A program made the translations under genes and the position numbers. Below the pieces are notes generated by a model. That model saw only the letters and a list, made by a program, of their open reading frames with translations. It had not been told where the DNA came from and searched no databases. This document shows positions 9,340-19,196 of a stretch of 64,000 nucleotides of DNA, in pieces. Location of the stretch: the NCBI GenBank assembly GCA_963774265.1, contig CAVZDU010000001.1, forward strand, positions 32,001-96,000, given 5' to 3'. Positions within the stretch are counted from its first letter, which is position 1, and each line of letters starts with the position of its first letter. The stretch comes from an uncultured Chloroflexia bacterium (GTDB lineage: Bacteria > Chloroflexota > Anaerolineae > CG2-30-64-16).

Positions 9340-10173
9340 TCAGTGGCTGCGCTCGATCTTCAGGGAGGTCATGGTCAGCGAACCCGCAACAGGCTGATCG
9401 TTGAAATAGGACAGTTGGTCCCGGTCATCCTGCAGGGCCAGGGCATACAACATGGGCAGGTAGTGTTCAGGGGTGGGCACGGCCAGGCTGACCGAGCGGC
9501 CCAAGGTGTGATAATCGATCAGAGGCTGATGGTTGCGGCGCGTGATCAGTTCCTTGAACAACGCACTGGCCTCCAGCGCCCAGTCCAGCCCAAACGGTGT
9601 ATTGAAGTCGTCCACGCTTCTATTCGGCAGCACTACCCGGCGCAGGTTGTGGACCATGTTGCCGCTGCCCAGGATGAGCACGCCTCTCTCACGTAAGGGC
9701 GCGAGTTCTTTGGCCAGGTCGTAATGATACTGCGCGGCCTCCGTGTAGTTCAGGCTGAGCTGGATGACAGGCACGTCTGCGGCAGGGTACATCCGCCGTA
9801 ACACGCTCCAACACCCATGGTCCAGGCCCCAATCGTTGTCCACACCCACTTCAACCCGCTTGACTGTAGACCGGGTTTCCGCCGCCAGCGCCGGGCTGCC
9901 GGGCGCGTCGTATCGCACATCGAAGAGCGCCTGCGGAAACCCACCGAAATCGTGTATCGTGGCGGGCTTGGGCATCGCGGTGACCAGCGTGCCGCGGGTT
10001 TCCCAGTGCGCCGAGATGCAGAGGACTGCATGGGGTCGCGGGAAGGTGGCTGCCACCTCACGCCACCCCCGTGAGAAATCGTTATCTTCGATGGCGTTCA
10101 TGGGGCTGCCGTGCCCGATGAAAAGGACAGGCATTGGGTCCGTATAGGGTAAGGTTTCGATCAATCCGTTCAT
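9340..10173 (-). CDS. ygiD: 4,5-DOPA extradiol dioxygenase-like protein (LigB family)
   Basis: MPVLFIGHGSPMNA, ISAHWET, TIHDFGGFP, WGLDHG, GSGNMVHNL, PTPEHYLP. Confidence 0.9.
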   Translation of the reverse strand: MNGLIETLPYTDPMPVLFIGHGSPMNAIEDNDFSRGWREVAATFPRPHAVLCISAHWETRGTLVTAMPKPATIHDFGGFPQALFDVRYDAPGSPALAAETRSTVKRVEVGVDNDWGLDHGCWSVLRRMYPAADVPVIQLSLNYTEAAQYHYDLAKELAPLRERGVLILGSGNMVHNLRRVVLPNRSVDDFNTPFGLDWALEASALFKELITRRNHQPLIDYHTLGRSVSLAVPTPEHYLPMLYALALQDDRDQLSYFNDQPVAGSLTMTSLKIERSH

Positions 10174-10382
10174 TATGGCTCCGAAAGAAGGCGTGATTTG
10201 GTCTGGCCAAAAGATTGTACCACGTTTCAGGTCAAGATTTGGTAGCATGCTATACTTCGCTGGATTGTGAATACCTCTACACTGCGTTTGACCGCCCTTT
10301 CGGCTCGAATGACTCGCGGCCCATCGCGGCTCACTTCGAGCACAGCGTGAGAGGTGGAAATCCGCTACTCACAGGAGCCGCC

Positions 10383-12392
10383 ATGCACGAGCTACCGCTG
10401 CTGATCAACATCGCCATGGCCTTGGTCGTCGCCTTCCTGGGCGGGTTGCTCGCCCGGCGCGTCGGCCTGCCCACCATTGTCGGCTATCTCCTGGCTGGCA
10501 TCATCATCGGCCCCTTCACGCCCGGCTTCGTCGGAGACGTCGACACCATCAGCCAGTTGGCCGAGCTGGGCGTCATATTCCTGATGTTCGGGGTGGGACT
10601 GCACTTCTCCTTCGGCGATCTCTGGCGCGTGCGCGATATTGCCATTCCGGGCGCGCTCGGGCAAACGCTGCTGGCCACCCTGCTCGGGATCGGGCTCAGC
10701 CAACTTTGGGGTTGGCCGCTGTCGTCGAGCATCGTCGTGGGCCTTGCTATTTCGGTCGCCAGCACCGTGGTCCTGCTGCGCGGCCTCATGGATAATTCGC
10801 TGCTGAATACGACGGCGGGGCAGGCGGCCGTGGGCTGGCTGGTCATGGAAGACATCCTGACAGTGCTCATCCTGGTTCTGATGCCCGCGCTCGCGCCGAC
10901 AAACGGCGGCTTCGACTTCGCCAGCTTGGCCATAACCCTGCTCAAGGCGGCCGCGTTTATTGCATTGGTCGCGTTTGTCGGCAGGTGGCTGATCCCCTGG
11001 CTGCTGCTGCGCATCGCAAACACGCGCTCGCGCGAGTTGTTCATCCTCGCGATCCTGGCCATCGCGCTCGGCACGGCTATCGGCGCGGCCGAGTTGTTCG
11101 GCGTATCCCTCGCGCTCGGTGCGTTCGTGGCGGGCGCGGTCGTCAGCGAGTCGCCGCTGAGCCACCAGGTCGGCGCGGATGTCTTGCCGTTTCGTGAGGC
11201 ATTCGCTGTGCTCTTCTTTGTCTCCGTCGGCATGCTCGTCAACCCGGTCTACCTGGCCCAGAACATCGGCCCGGTGCTGGCCATTACCGCCCTGATTATG
11301 ATCGGCAAACCGCTGATCGTGCTGCTGATGGGCCTCTTCTTCTCACGCTCCGCCTTCACGATGCTGGTGATCGCAGCCGGGTTGAGCCAGATCGGCGAGT
11401 TCTCGTTCATCCTGGGGCAGGCGGGGCTGTCGCTCGGCCTGCTGCAAGGGGATCACTACTCGCTGATTCTGGCCGGTGCGCTGGTGTCGATCACGCTCAA
11501 TCCGATGATGTTCCGGCTGATAAATCCGGTGCAACACGCTCTGGAGCGCTTCCCGCGGCTTTGGCGCCTGCTTGACCGGCATGGCCCGGCGCCGGCGCTG
11601 CCCGAAGAGGGCATGTCCGATCACCTGGTCATTGTCGGATATGGCCGCGTGGGCGAGCAAGTGGTGGCGGTCGCGCGGGCACTGAACATACAGCACCTCG
11701 TCATCGAGTCGGACGTCGAACGCGTCAACGAACTCAATAAGATGGGAACCAGCACACTCTACGGAGACGCGGCAAACTCGGAAGTGCTGCCCCACGCCGG
11801 CCTCGCGCGGGCGCGCGTCCTGGTGTCGACCGTGCCGGAGGATGCGACCGGAGAGCTGATCGTCGCGGCCGCCCGCGACCTGGCGCCCAACCTGCCGATC
11901 ATCGCGCGGGCGGCCACCGAAGAGGGTGTCCGAGAACTGGCAGACCTGGGGGCCAAGGTGGTGATTCATCCTGAGCTCGAGGGGGGCCTGGAGATGGTGC
12001 GCCACACGCTGCTGCAGTTAGGCTTCCCGCTGCGAGAGGTCCACGACTACACGGACGCGGTGCGCCACGATCACTATGACATCGCAGTCAACTCCGATGA
12101 AGAGCACCGGCTGCTGCACGGCCTGCTGGACGCGGCGAACAATATCGAAATTAGTTGGCAGCGGCTCGAGGCGGGCAGCCCTCTGATCGGCCGCAGCCTG
12201 GCCGAAGCGAACGTGAGAGCGCTCACCGGGGCCTCCGTTGTGGCGGTCATACGGGATGGGCACTTGCACGCCAACCCCAAATCTTCCACGCTCTTTCAGG
12301 TGGATGATCGGGTGGGCTTCGTGGGTGATCCACAGCAGATCACAGCCGCGATCGAAATGGTGAAGGTTAGGGTGGAAGAAGCAGCCGGGTAA
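10383..12392 (+). CDS. CPA2 cation:proton antiporter with TrkA-N and TrkA-C domains (YbaL/Kef-like)
   Basis: AELGVIFLMFGVGLHFS, SVASTVV, LVMED, QIGEFSFIL, IVGYGRVG; SD AGGAG at 10373. Confidence 0.95.
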   Translation: MHELPLLINIAMALVVAFLGGLLARRVGLPTIVGYLLAGIIIGPFTPGFVGDVDTISQLAELGVIFLMFGVGLHFSFGDLWRVRDIAIPGALGQTLLATLLGIGLSQLWGWPLSSSIVVGLAISVASTVVLLRGLMDNSLLNTTAGQAAVGWLVMEDILTVLILVLMPALAPTNGGFDFASLAITLLKAAAFIALVAFVGRWLIPWLLLRIANTRSRELFILAILAIALGTAIGAAELFGVSLALGAFVAGAVVSESPLSHQVGADVLPFREAFAVLFFVSVGMLVNPVYLAQNIGPVLAITALIMIGKPLIVLLMGLFFSRSAFTMLVIAAGLSQIGEFSFILGQAGLSLGLLQGDHYSLILAGALVSITLNPMMFRLINPVQHALERFPRLWRLLDRHGPAPALPEEGMSDHLVIVGYGRVGEQVVAVARALNIQHLVIESDVERVNELNKMGTSTLYGDAANSEVLPHAGLARARVLVSTVPEDATGELIVAAARDLAPNLPIIARAATEEGVRELADLGAKVVIHPELEGGLEMVRHTLLQLGFPLREVHDYTDAVRHDHYDIAVNSDEEHRLLHGLLDAANNIEISWQRLEAGSPLIGRSLAEANVRALTGASVVAVIRDGHLHANPKSSTLFQVDDRVGFVGDPQQITAAIEMVKVRVEEAAG

Positions 12393-12466
12393 CCCCGGTG
12401 TATCCTGTTCTCCTTGCGCGGCCCGGCGCGGCGCGGTAGAATGGACCATCTTCACGGAGGTAGGCC

Positions 12467-13033
12467 ATGAGCATCGAGACAACTTCACTTCCCGGCGTGT
12501 TGGTCTTCACGCCGCGCGTATTCAAGGACTCGCGCGGCTTCCTCTTCGAGAGTTACAAAGACGTAGCATGGCAGGCCGCGGGCATCGAGACGGTCTACGT
12601 CCAGGACAACCAGTCGCGGTCGGTGCGAGACACCGTGCGTGGGCTGCACTTCCAACTGCCGCCAGCCGAGCAAGTCAAGCTCGTGCGCGTCGTGGCTGGC
12701 GCGGTGTGGGATGTGGCGGTCGACATCCGCGCGGGTTCGCCTACATTCGGCAAGTGGGTCGGCGTGGAGTTGAGCGAGGACAATTTCAGGCAGCTCTACA
12801 TCCCCGTGGGCTTCGCCCACGGCTTCTGCGTGCTGAGCGATGAGGCCGATATGCTCTACAAGACGAGCCACATCTACAGCCCTGCGCACGAAGAGAGCAT
12901 CGCCTGGAACGACCCGGAGATCGGCATCCCCTGGCCGGCAGGCGAACCGCTGCTCTCGGATCGCGACCGCGGCGCGCAGTCGCTGAAGGAGTATCTCGCG
13001 AAGACGCCGTTCGTATATCACTCCGCTGCATGA
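12467..13033 (+). CDS. rfbC: dTDP-4-dehydrorhamnose 3,5-epimerase (RmlC)
   Basis: DSRGFLFE, VQDNQSRS, VRGLHFQ, DVAVDIRAGSPTFGKW, GFAHGF, WNDPEIGIPWP. Confidence 0.97.
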   Translation: MSIETTSLPGVLVFTPRVFKDSRGFLFESYKDVAWQAAGIETVYVQDNQSRSVRDTVRGLHFQLPPAEQVKLVRVVAGAVWDVAVDIRAGSPTFGKWVGVELSEDNFRQLYIPVGFAHGFCVLSDEADMLYKTSHIYSPAHEESIAWNDPEIGIPWPAGEPLLSDRDRGAQSLKEYLAKTPFVYHSAA

Positions 13034-13058
13034 GATCTGAAGGCCCGGGAGTTCATCA

Positions 13059-13581
13059 TTGGATACAACCTGGAGAACAAGCATCTGGCACCAGTTCGGG
13101 GCAGCAATCGACATGCTCGACAACGCCCTGGCTGCCTGTCCCGACGAGTTGTGGCGCGTGCGCCTGTGGAGCGACCCTTCACAGCGATCAGAGTTCTCCG
13201 AATTCTGGTATATCGCCTATCACACGCTCTTCTGGCTCGACCTGTACCTGTCCGGCTCGGTGGAAGGATTCGCTCCCCCTGCTCCATTCACACTTGACGA
13301 ACTGGACCCAGCGGGGCTGCTTCCCGAGAGGGTGTATACCAGAGACGAGTTACAGCTCTACCTTGAGCGCTGCCGCAGGAAGTGCCAGAGCGACGATTGA
13401 GGCCCTGACGGATGAGCAGGCTCGTCGGCGCTGTGCGTTCCCTTGGGGTGAGGTCAGCTTCGCCGAGTTGCTTCTGGACAACATGCGCCACGTCCAGGAG
13501 CACGTCGCACAATTGAACCTGATTCTCGGGCAGAAGATCGGTTGGAATCCCAGGTGGGTGGCCAGAGCGAAATCCATTTGA
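13059..13581 (+). CDS. DinB-family protein with an apparent +1 frameshift near 13387
   Basis: QFGAAIDML...FWYIAYHTLFWLDLYLS...RKC continues in another frame as RATIEALT...NMRHVQEHVAQL (His triad). Confidence 0.85.
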
Positions 13582-13606
13582 CAAACCCCCCGCCGCCCAT
13601 TATGCT
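13578..13606 (+). promoter_or_regulatory. Sigma70-type promoter
   Basis: TTGACA (13578-83), 17-bp spacer, TATGCT (13601-06), upstream of ATG 13639. Confidence 0.75.
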
Positions 13607-13638
13607 TCGCCCCAACAGACATCGCTGGGAGCGTATGC

Positions 13639-14149
13639 ATGGCCAATCCGATTATCGAGCTGGACCCCGTCACACACATCACCGCCGGCGCGTTAGGAAA
13701 GCCGGGGCAGCGTGTTTTTTTCCTCCAGGCTGAAAAGGGCCTGGAGCGAATCACCCTGGTCTGTGAGAAGGAACAGGTGCAGGCGCTGGCCGACGCCATC
13801 GATGAGATGGAACAGAACCTGGAGCAGGAGTTTGGGCTGGCGCGGCCCGAAGGCCTGAAGGCGAAAGAGGACGAGATGCGGGTCAAGGAGCCGGCCGAAC
13901 CTCTCTTTCGCGTCGGTGCGATGGGCTTGGGGTACGACGCGAACCGCGGACAAAATTCTACTGGTGGCGCAAGAGGCGCTGGACGAGGAGGAAGAGCACG
14001 ACCCGCGTGAGGTGCGCCTCTTCGCCACACGCGCTCAAATGCAGGTCGTCAGCACCTATGCCCGCGACATCATCGGCCGCGGCCGCTCGCCCGACCAGGT
14101 GGTGTTGCAGGCCGAGGTGCATTTCCGCCGCAACGGACACGGCGACTGA
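13639..14149 (+). CDS. DUF3090-family protein with an apparent +1 frameshift near 13949
   Basis: ITAGALGKPGQRVFFLQA...EKEQVQALA...FRVGAMGLGYD continues as DKILLVAQE...RLFATRAQM...GRGR...RNGH. Confidence 0.85.
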
Positions 14150-14175
14150 AAGACGCATCAACCCCCGATGAGAAA

Positions 14176-14207
14176 GGGCTTCCTGTAAGGGAAGCCCCTT
14201 TTATTTT
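14176..14207 (+). terminator. Intrinsic terminator
   Basis: GGGCTTCC-tgtaag-GGAAGCCC followed by CTTTTATTTT. Confidence 0.85.
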
Positions 14208-14267
14208 GCCTGCCTGATGGTAGACTCGCAACGATATCTCTACGACCGTGTAGTGAAAGGACCCGTC

Positions 14268-16365
14268 ATGCCTGACCACCAGCACTCCGGCAAGCCGAAC
14301 CGGCTGATCCACGAGACCAGCCCCTATCTCCTGCAACATGCTTACAACCCGGTGGACTGGTACCCCTGGGGTCCCGAGGCGCTGAGCCGCGCGGCGGCCG
14401 AGGACAAACCGATCCTCCTTAGCGTCGGCTACTCGGCATGCCATTGGTGCCATGTCATGGCGCACGAGTCGTTTGAGGATCCTGAGATCGCCGGGCTGAT
14501 GAATGAGCTGTTCGTCAACGTCAAGGTCGACCGGGAGGAGCGGCCCGATATCGACGCCATCTACATGGAGGCCGTGCAAGCGCTGACCGGCGGTGGCGGG
14601 TGGCCGATGACCGTGTTCCTCACGCCGGAAGGCAAGCCTTTCTACGGCGGCACATATTTTCCTCCGGTCGCTCGCTACAACATGCCCGGTTTCCCACAGT
14701 TGCTGATGGCTATCTCGGAGGCGTGGCAGAACCGGCGCAAGGAGCTGCTCTCCGCAGGCGACCGCCTGGCCGACGCGCTCAACCGCACCGCGGCCCTGCA
14801 GCCCTCCGGTACACCCCTGGACCGCAACCTGCTGGACCAGCGCGACACAGCGCCTGCTCCGCTCGTTCGACAAGGTGGAAGGCGGTTTTGGCGGCGCGCC
14901 CAAATTCCCCCAACCGATGAACCTGGATTTCTTGCTCCAACGATATGTAGAAACGAAGGATGCTTCATTGCTCCACGCGGTCACATTCACCCTCACTAGA
15001 ATGGCGCGTGGCGGCATATATGACCAGCTCGGCGGCGGCTTCCACCGCTACAGCACCGATAACGAATGGCTGACGCCCCACTTCGAGAAGATGCTCTACG
15101 ACAACGCCCAGCTCGCGGCCACCTATCTGCACGCGTGGCAGGTGACCGGGGACCCACTCTTCCGGCAGATTGTTGAGGAGACGCTGGACTATGTGCTAGC
15201 TGAGATGACCTCGCCCGAGGGTGGTTTTTACAGCACCCAGGATGCGGACAGCGAGGGCAAAGAAGGCTTGTTCTTCCTGTGGACCCCGGCGGAGATCAAC
15301 GCGCTGCTTGGGCCGGAGGATGGCAGGCTCTTCTGCGACACCTTCGGCGTCACGCCGCGCGGCAACTTCCACGAGGCCGGCGGGGCGATGAGCATCCTGC
15401 ACGTGCGGCGGGAGCTGAATGAGGTCGCGGACGACCTGGGCGTCTCACCGGATCGACTTCAGGAAGTGATCCAGCGCGGGCGAAAGGTCCTCTTCGCGGC
15501 CCGCGAGCGCCGCATTCATCCCGGCCGCGACGACAAGGTGCTCGCCGAATGGAATGGGCTCATGCTTCGTACATTTGCTGAGGCGGGCGCGGTCCTGGGC
15601 CGGCCGGACTACGTGTCCGCCGCGCGGCGCAACGCCGAATTCCTGTTGGAGGCCATGCGTGCGGAAGGCGATGGGCTGCGCCTGTACCGCACCTACAAGG
15701 ATGGCCGCGCACACCTGAACGCCTATCTGGAGGACTACGCTGCGGTCGCCCTGGGCATGCTGGCGCTCTACGAGGTCACGTTCGAATTGCGATGGCTTCG
15801 CGCCAGCCTCGATCTGACACAGACCATTCTCGACCGCTTCCACGACACCGCCGGAGGCAGCTTTTTCCAGACCGCGGCCGATCACGAGAAGCTCGTCGCA
15901 CGGCGCAAGGACTTCGTCGACAGCGCGGTCCCGGCGGGCAACTCGCTGGCCGCGGATCTGCTGCTGCGTCTCGCCAGGCTGCTGAATCGCCCGGAGTTCG
16001 CGGAGCACGCCTCGGGTGTGCTGGGCCTGATGGCGGATGCCATTGGCGAGCAGCCCCTCGCGTTCGGCCGCTTGCTGGCCGCGCTTGATTTTTATGTAAA
16101 TCCAGGTTTCGAAATCGCCATTGTCGGGGATCCCGCGGAAGATGACACGGCCGCGCTGCTGGCGGAGATCTACCGTCGCTTCATGCCAAACACGGTGGTA
16201 GCCGCAGGCGCGCCAGCCGGTAAAGCCGCCACCCAGATCCCGCTGCTCGCGGGGCGAGACATGCGCGGGGGCCGGGCGACCGCTTATGTGTGCAGGAACT
16301 ATACATGCAATTTGCCGGTGACGGAGCCGGCGGCGCTGGGGAGGCAGTTGGACGGGCTGGAATAG
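14268..16365 (+). CDS. Thioredoxin-domain plus (alpha/alpha)6 protein of the YyaL/SPATA20 (DUF255) family; apparent +1 frameshift near 14840
   Basis: [39 protein letters not shown], then [38 protein letters not shown]. Confidence 0.93.
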
Positions 16366-16387
16366 CTGACGGAGCAGCTCGACACCT

Positions 16388-16540
16388 GAGACCGCCTGCC
16401 CGCCCCACAGAGAGGCTGCGCACTAAACGGGCAGGCTATGAAACGGAACCAGCTTACGGGGACTTGCCCGGGGTGGTGACGGTTAGCCCGGTTCACCGGG
16501 CATTGCTTGGGAGCTCGCCCGGTGACGGGCGGGCGGTTTC
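16388..16540 (+). repeat. Nested palindromic intergenic element (REP/REPIN-like or structured ncRNA)
   Basis: 16388-16402 pairs with 16526-16540 (15 bp including two G-U); internal hairpins at 16486-16501 and 16516-16531. Confidence 0.6.
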
Positions 16541-16551
16541 TCGATGCGCGG

Positions 16552-17400
16552 CTAAACGATCAACCCCCGCAGCACCCGCAGATTCTCCACGTCCTCGTGC
16601 ATATCCTCGCTCTTCTCGGTCTCCAGGATCTTCGGGACATCGACCAGGCGCGGGTCATTGAGGATGAAGCGGAACGCGTCCAACCCAAGTTGTCCCGTCC
16701 CGATGTGATCGTGGCGATCCACACGCGAGCCCAGTGGCTTCTTTGCATCGTTAAAATGGAGGCATTTCAGGCGGCCGATCCCGCAGAGCCGGTCGAACTC
16801 GTCCAGCGTCGCTTTGTATGCCTCTGCGGTGCGCAAATCGTAACCAGCCGCAAACAGGTGGCATGTGTCCAGGCAAAAGGCGAGCCGCTCCGGCGCCGAT
16901 GCGCCCGCGAGCATCCCCTGCAGGTGCTCGAACCGCCACCCCAGCGCAGTACCCTGGCCGGCAGTACCCTCGACCAGGGTCAGCGTCTTGTACCCCGGCG
17001 TCTGCGCGTGTGCACGGTTGATCCCCTCGACGATGCGCGCGATGCCGGCATCCTCGCCGGTCCCCATGTGCGCGCCGGGGTGAAACACCACGCCGAGCAG
17101 TTGGAGTTCCTCCGCGCGCGTCAATTCATCGACCAGCGCGTCAACCGATTTCTCCCATATCTCGTCATTGGGCGTGCCCAGGTTGAGCAGATACGCCGCA
17201 TGCGAAACCACCGGCGCGATGCCCGTCGCGGCCTGCTTCTCAGCCCATCGCGCAATCTCCTCGGGCGGCGTCGGCTTCTGCTGCCAGCGATTCTGGTTCT
17301 TCGTGAAGATCTGCATCGTGTTGACGCCCACCGCGACCCCGCGGTCGAAAGCCGTGCTCAATCCACCCGACGTGGACATGTGTGCGCCCAACAATGCCAT
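16552..17400 (-). CDS. nfo: Endonuclease IV (AP endonuclease family 2)
   Basis: LLGAHMS, MQIFTKN, HAAYLLNL, FHPG, EGTAGQG, CLDTCHLFAAGYD, HFND, DRHDHIGTG, ILET. Confidence 0.96.
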   Translation of the reverse strand: MALLGAHMSTSGGLSTAFDRGVAVGVNTMQIFTKNQNRWQQKPTPPEEIARWAEKQAATGIAPVVSHAAYLLNLGTPNDEIWEKSVDALVDELTRAEELQLLGVVFHPGAHMGTGEDAGIARIVEGINRAHAQTPGYKTLTLVEGTAGQGTALGWRFEHLQGMLAGASAPERLAFCLDTCHLFAAGYDLRTAEAYKATLDEFDRLCGIGRLKCLHFNDAKKPLGSRVDRHDHIGTGQLGLDAFRFILNDPRLVDVPKILETEKSEDMHEDVENLRVLRGLIV

Positions 17401-17419
17401 ATCACCCTCCCCCTGGGGG

Positions 17420-17980
17420 TTAATCGTCCCCTGCGGCCAGCGTGAAGTGCTCCACGCCCGCGTGCTTATCCTCAAATCGTCCCATCGCAAACAGAAGCGA
17501 AGACAGACGGTTCAAGTATTTCAACGAGGTGTCGTCGCGCAGCTCACCCTCGTGACTCAGCCGCGCAACCAGCCGCTCAGCGCGGCGCACCACCGTCCTG
17601 GCAATCTCCAGGCACGCGCCAGGCCGGCTGTCGCCCGGCACGATGAACGCCTTGGGCATCTCCACCTGGCTGCCGAACTCATCGGTAGCCCTCTCCAGCC
17701 ATCCCAATCGTCCCTCGGCCAGCCACGGAGTGCGGGTCGCGGTCTCGGGTAAGGTTGCCAGGTCGGCCATCATCCTGTAGAGGTCGCGCTGCACGATCAG
17801 CAGCGTCCGGCGCACCTCGTCAGTTTGCGCCTGTGCGCGCGCCACGCCCAGGAAGGCGGAGGCCTCATCAACTGTACCGTATGCCTCGGGGCGCAGCGCG
17901 TATTCGGGGACGCGTTCGCGGCCCAGCACGCCGGTGAACCCGTCGTCGCCCGTGCCGGTGTACCACGGAAAAGAATCCAT
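17420..17980 (-). CDS. Cob(I)alamin adenosyltransferase, PduO type
   Basis: YTGTGDDGFT, EAYGTVDE, FIVPG, ARTVVRRAER, YLNRLSSLLF. Confidence 0.93.
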   Translation of the reverse strand: MDSFPWYTGTGDDGFTGVLGRERVPEYALRPEAYGTVDEASAFLGVARAQAQTDEVRRTLLIVQRDLYRMMADLATLPETATRTPWLAEGRLGWLERATDEFGSQVEMPKAFIVPGDSRPGACLEIARTVVRRAERLVARLSHEGELRDDTSLKYLNRLSSLLFAMGRFEDKHAGVEHFTLAAGDD

Positions 17981-18412
17981 CTACTTCACTCCAACGCCGT
18001 ACACGTAAACCAGCTTGCCACCCAGCCAACCTTCCAACAGGACGAGGAGGACAATCACGAGCAGCAAAGCCAGGTAGCCCCAGCGTGCCGAAGTAGTCCA
18101 CAGCTTCTTGTAGCGCAGCGGCCAGTACAATGCGAGTCCCGAGGCGATCAGCAGGGCGACGCCCGCCGTAATGTGCTGATTGATGACCGCGATCACCGCG
18201 GCCTCTTGCGGCGCGCCAGCCTGGTCGATCAGCCCGGTCGCCATTGCAGCCATAATCCCCAGCCAGCCCAGTAGCAGGCTCCACTGGCCATAGCCGGTGA
18301 AACGCTCTTGATGCCGGAGCAGCCCTAAGACAAGGAATAGCACACCCACGAGCGACAACGCGATGGGGAAGTGGACGAAACGCGGATGGAGGGGAGTGAT
18401 CGCTTCGAGCAT
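17981..18412 (-). CDS. DUF2231 membrane protein
   Basis: PLHPRFVHFPIAL, four TM segments, GWLGGKLVYVYGVG. Confidence 0.88.
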   Translation of the reverse strand: MLEAITPLHPRFVHFPIALSLVGVLFLVLGLLRHQERFTGYGQWSLLLGWLGIMAAMATGLIDQAGAPQEAAVIAVINQHITAGVALLIASGLALYWPLRYKKLWTTSARWGYLALLLVIVLLVLLEGWLGGKLVYVYGVGVK

Positions 18413-18421
18413 GGTCTCCGC

Positions 18422-19186
18422 TCAGTCGAGGCCGCCGTAAGATGCGGTCATCAGGCGCTCGGCAAAATGCTTTCCCCGCGGCATGCCACCGGTGCGCATC
18501 TCATGCGCGACGATCGCGTGGCGATACATTACCCGCCGGTGCTCGGCGCGCCACGCTCCGTCCTGGGCCGCGTTACCCTCCCATGTCAAAATCGCATATG
18601 CTGCGCGGTGATCGCCGTCCATCGGCAGCCCGACGCTGGCCACGTTGACCAAGAGACGGTCACGCCAGGAGCGCATGAACGGGGTGTGTATGTGGCCGAA
18701 GGCCAAGCCCTGCCATGACGGGGCCTGACCCGCATCCATCAGCAGCTCATCCAGGTCGGCGTTCGAGGCGCGAGGCATGATGGCCCGCTCCATGTCGCGC
18801 GGATTTGCGTGGACGATCAGCAAGTCATGGCCCGGCCTGGAAGAAGGCGCAATGCGATGGCTGAACGGCAGGCCGCGGAAATAAGCAACGCGTTCCTCAC
18901 CGAGCCGATCGCACATCCACATAAGCTGAGAGGCGAACCGGCTCGGCTCCTTGCCCTCGGGCACATCATCCGGCGTCACGCTGAAGAAGGCGTCGGTGTT
19001 GCCTTGAATCACAGCCGCGCCAAGCGAGGTCACCCTATCCACAACCTCGCGCGGTCGAGGGCCGGCCCACACCAGGTCACCCGCGACGACGATCTGATCG
19101 AACGGCGCCAGGCCGGCCAAATCGGCGAGGACCGCTTCAAGCGCCACAATGTTGCCGTGAATGTCCGAAAGAATGGCGATCCGCAT
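18422..19186 (-). CDS. Calcineurin-like metallophosphoesterase (YfcE/MJ0936 type)
   Basis: SDIHGN, AGDLV, QGNTD, VHANP, FGHIH, VNVASVG. Confidence 0.92.
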   Translation of the reverse strand: MRIAILSDIHGNIVALEAVLADLAGLAPFDQIVVAGDLVWAGPRPREVVDRVTSLGAAVIQGNTDAFFSVTPDDVPEGKEPSRFASQLMWMCDRLGEERVAYFRGLPFSHRIAPSSRPGHDLLIVHANPRDMERAIMPRASNADLDELLMDAGQAPSWQGLAFGHIHTPFMRSWRDRLLVNVASVGLPMDGDHRAAYAILTWEGNAAQDGAWRAEHRRVMYRHAIVAHEMRTGGMPRGKHFAERLMTASYGGLD

Positions 19187-19196
19187 CGCGATGTCT

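Noticed and set aside
10262-10363. SRP (4.5S) RNA, or c-di-AMP, fluoride or Mn2+ riboswitch identity for the structured leader
   Set aside because: The characteristic conserved motifs of these classes were not visible on either strand; kept only as an unassigned candidate.
16507-17445. Long antisense ORFs (also 184-549, 14070-15017, 34729-35790, 44417-45334, 53792-54934 and others)
   Set aside because: Shadow frames of well-supported genes on the opposite strand, expected at high GC; no recognisable motifs.
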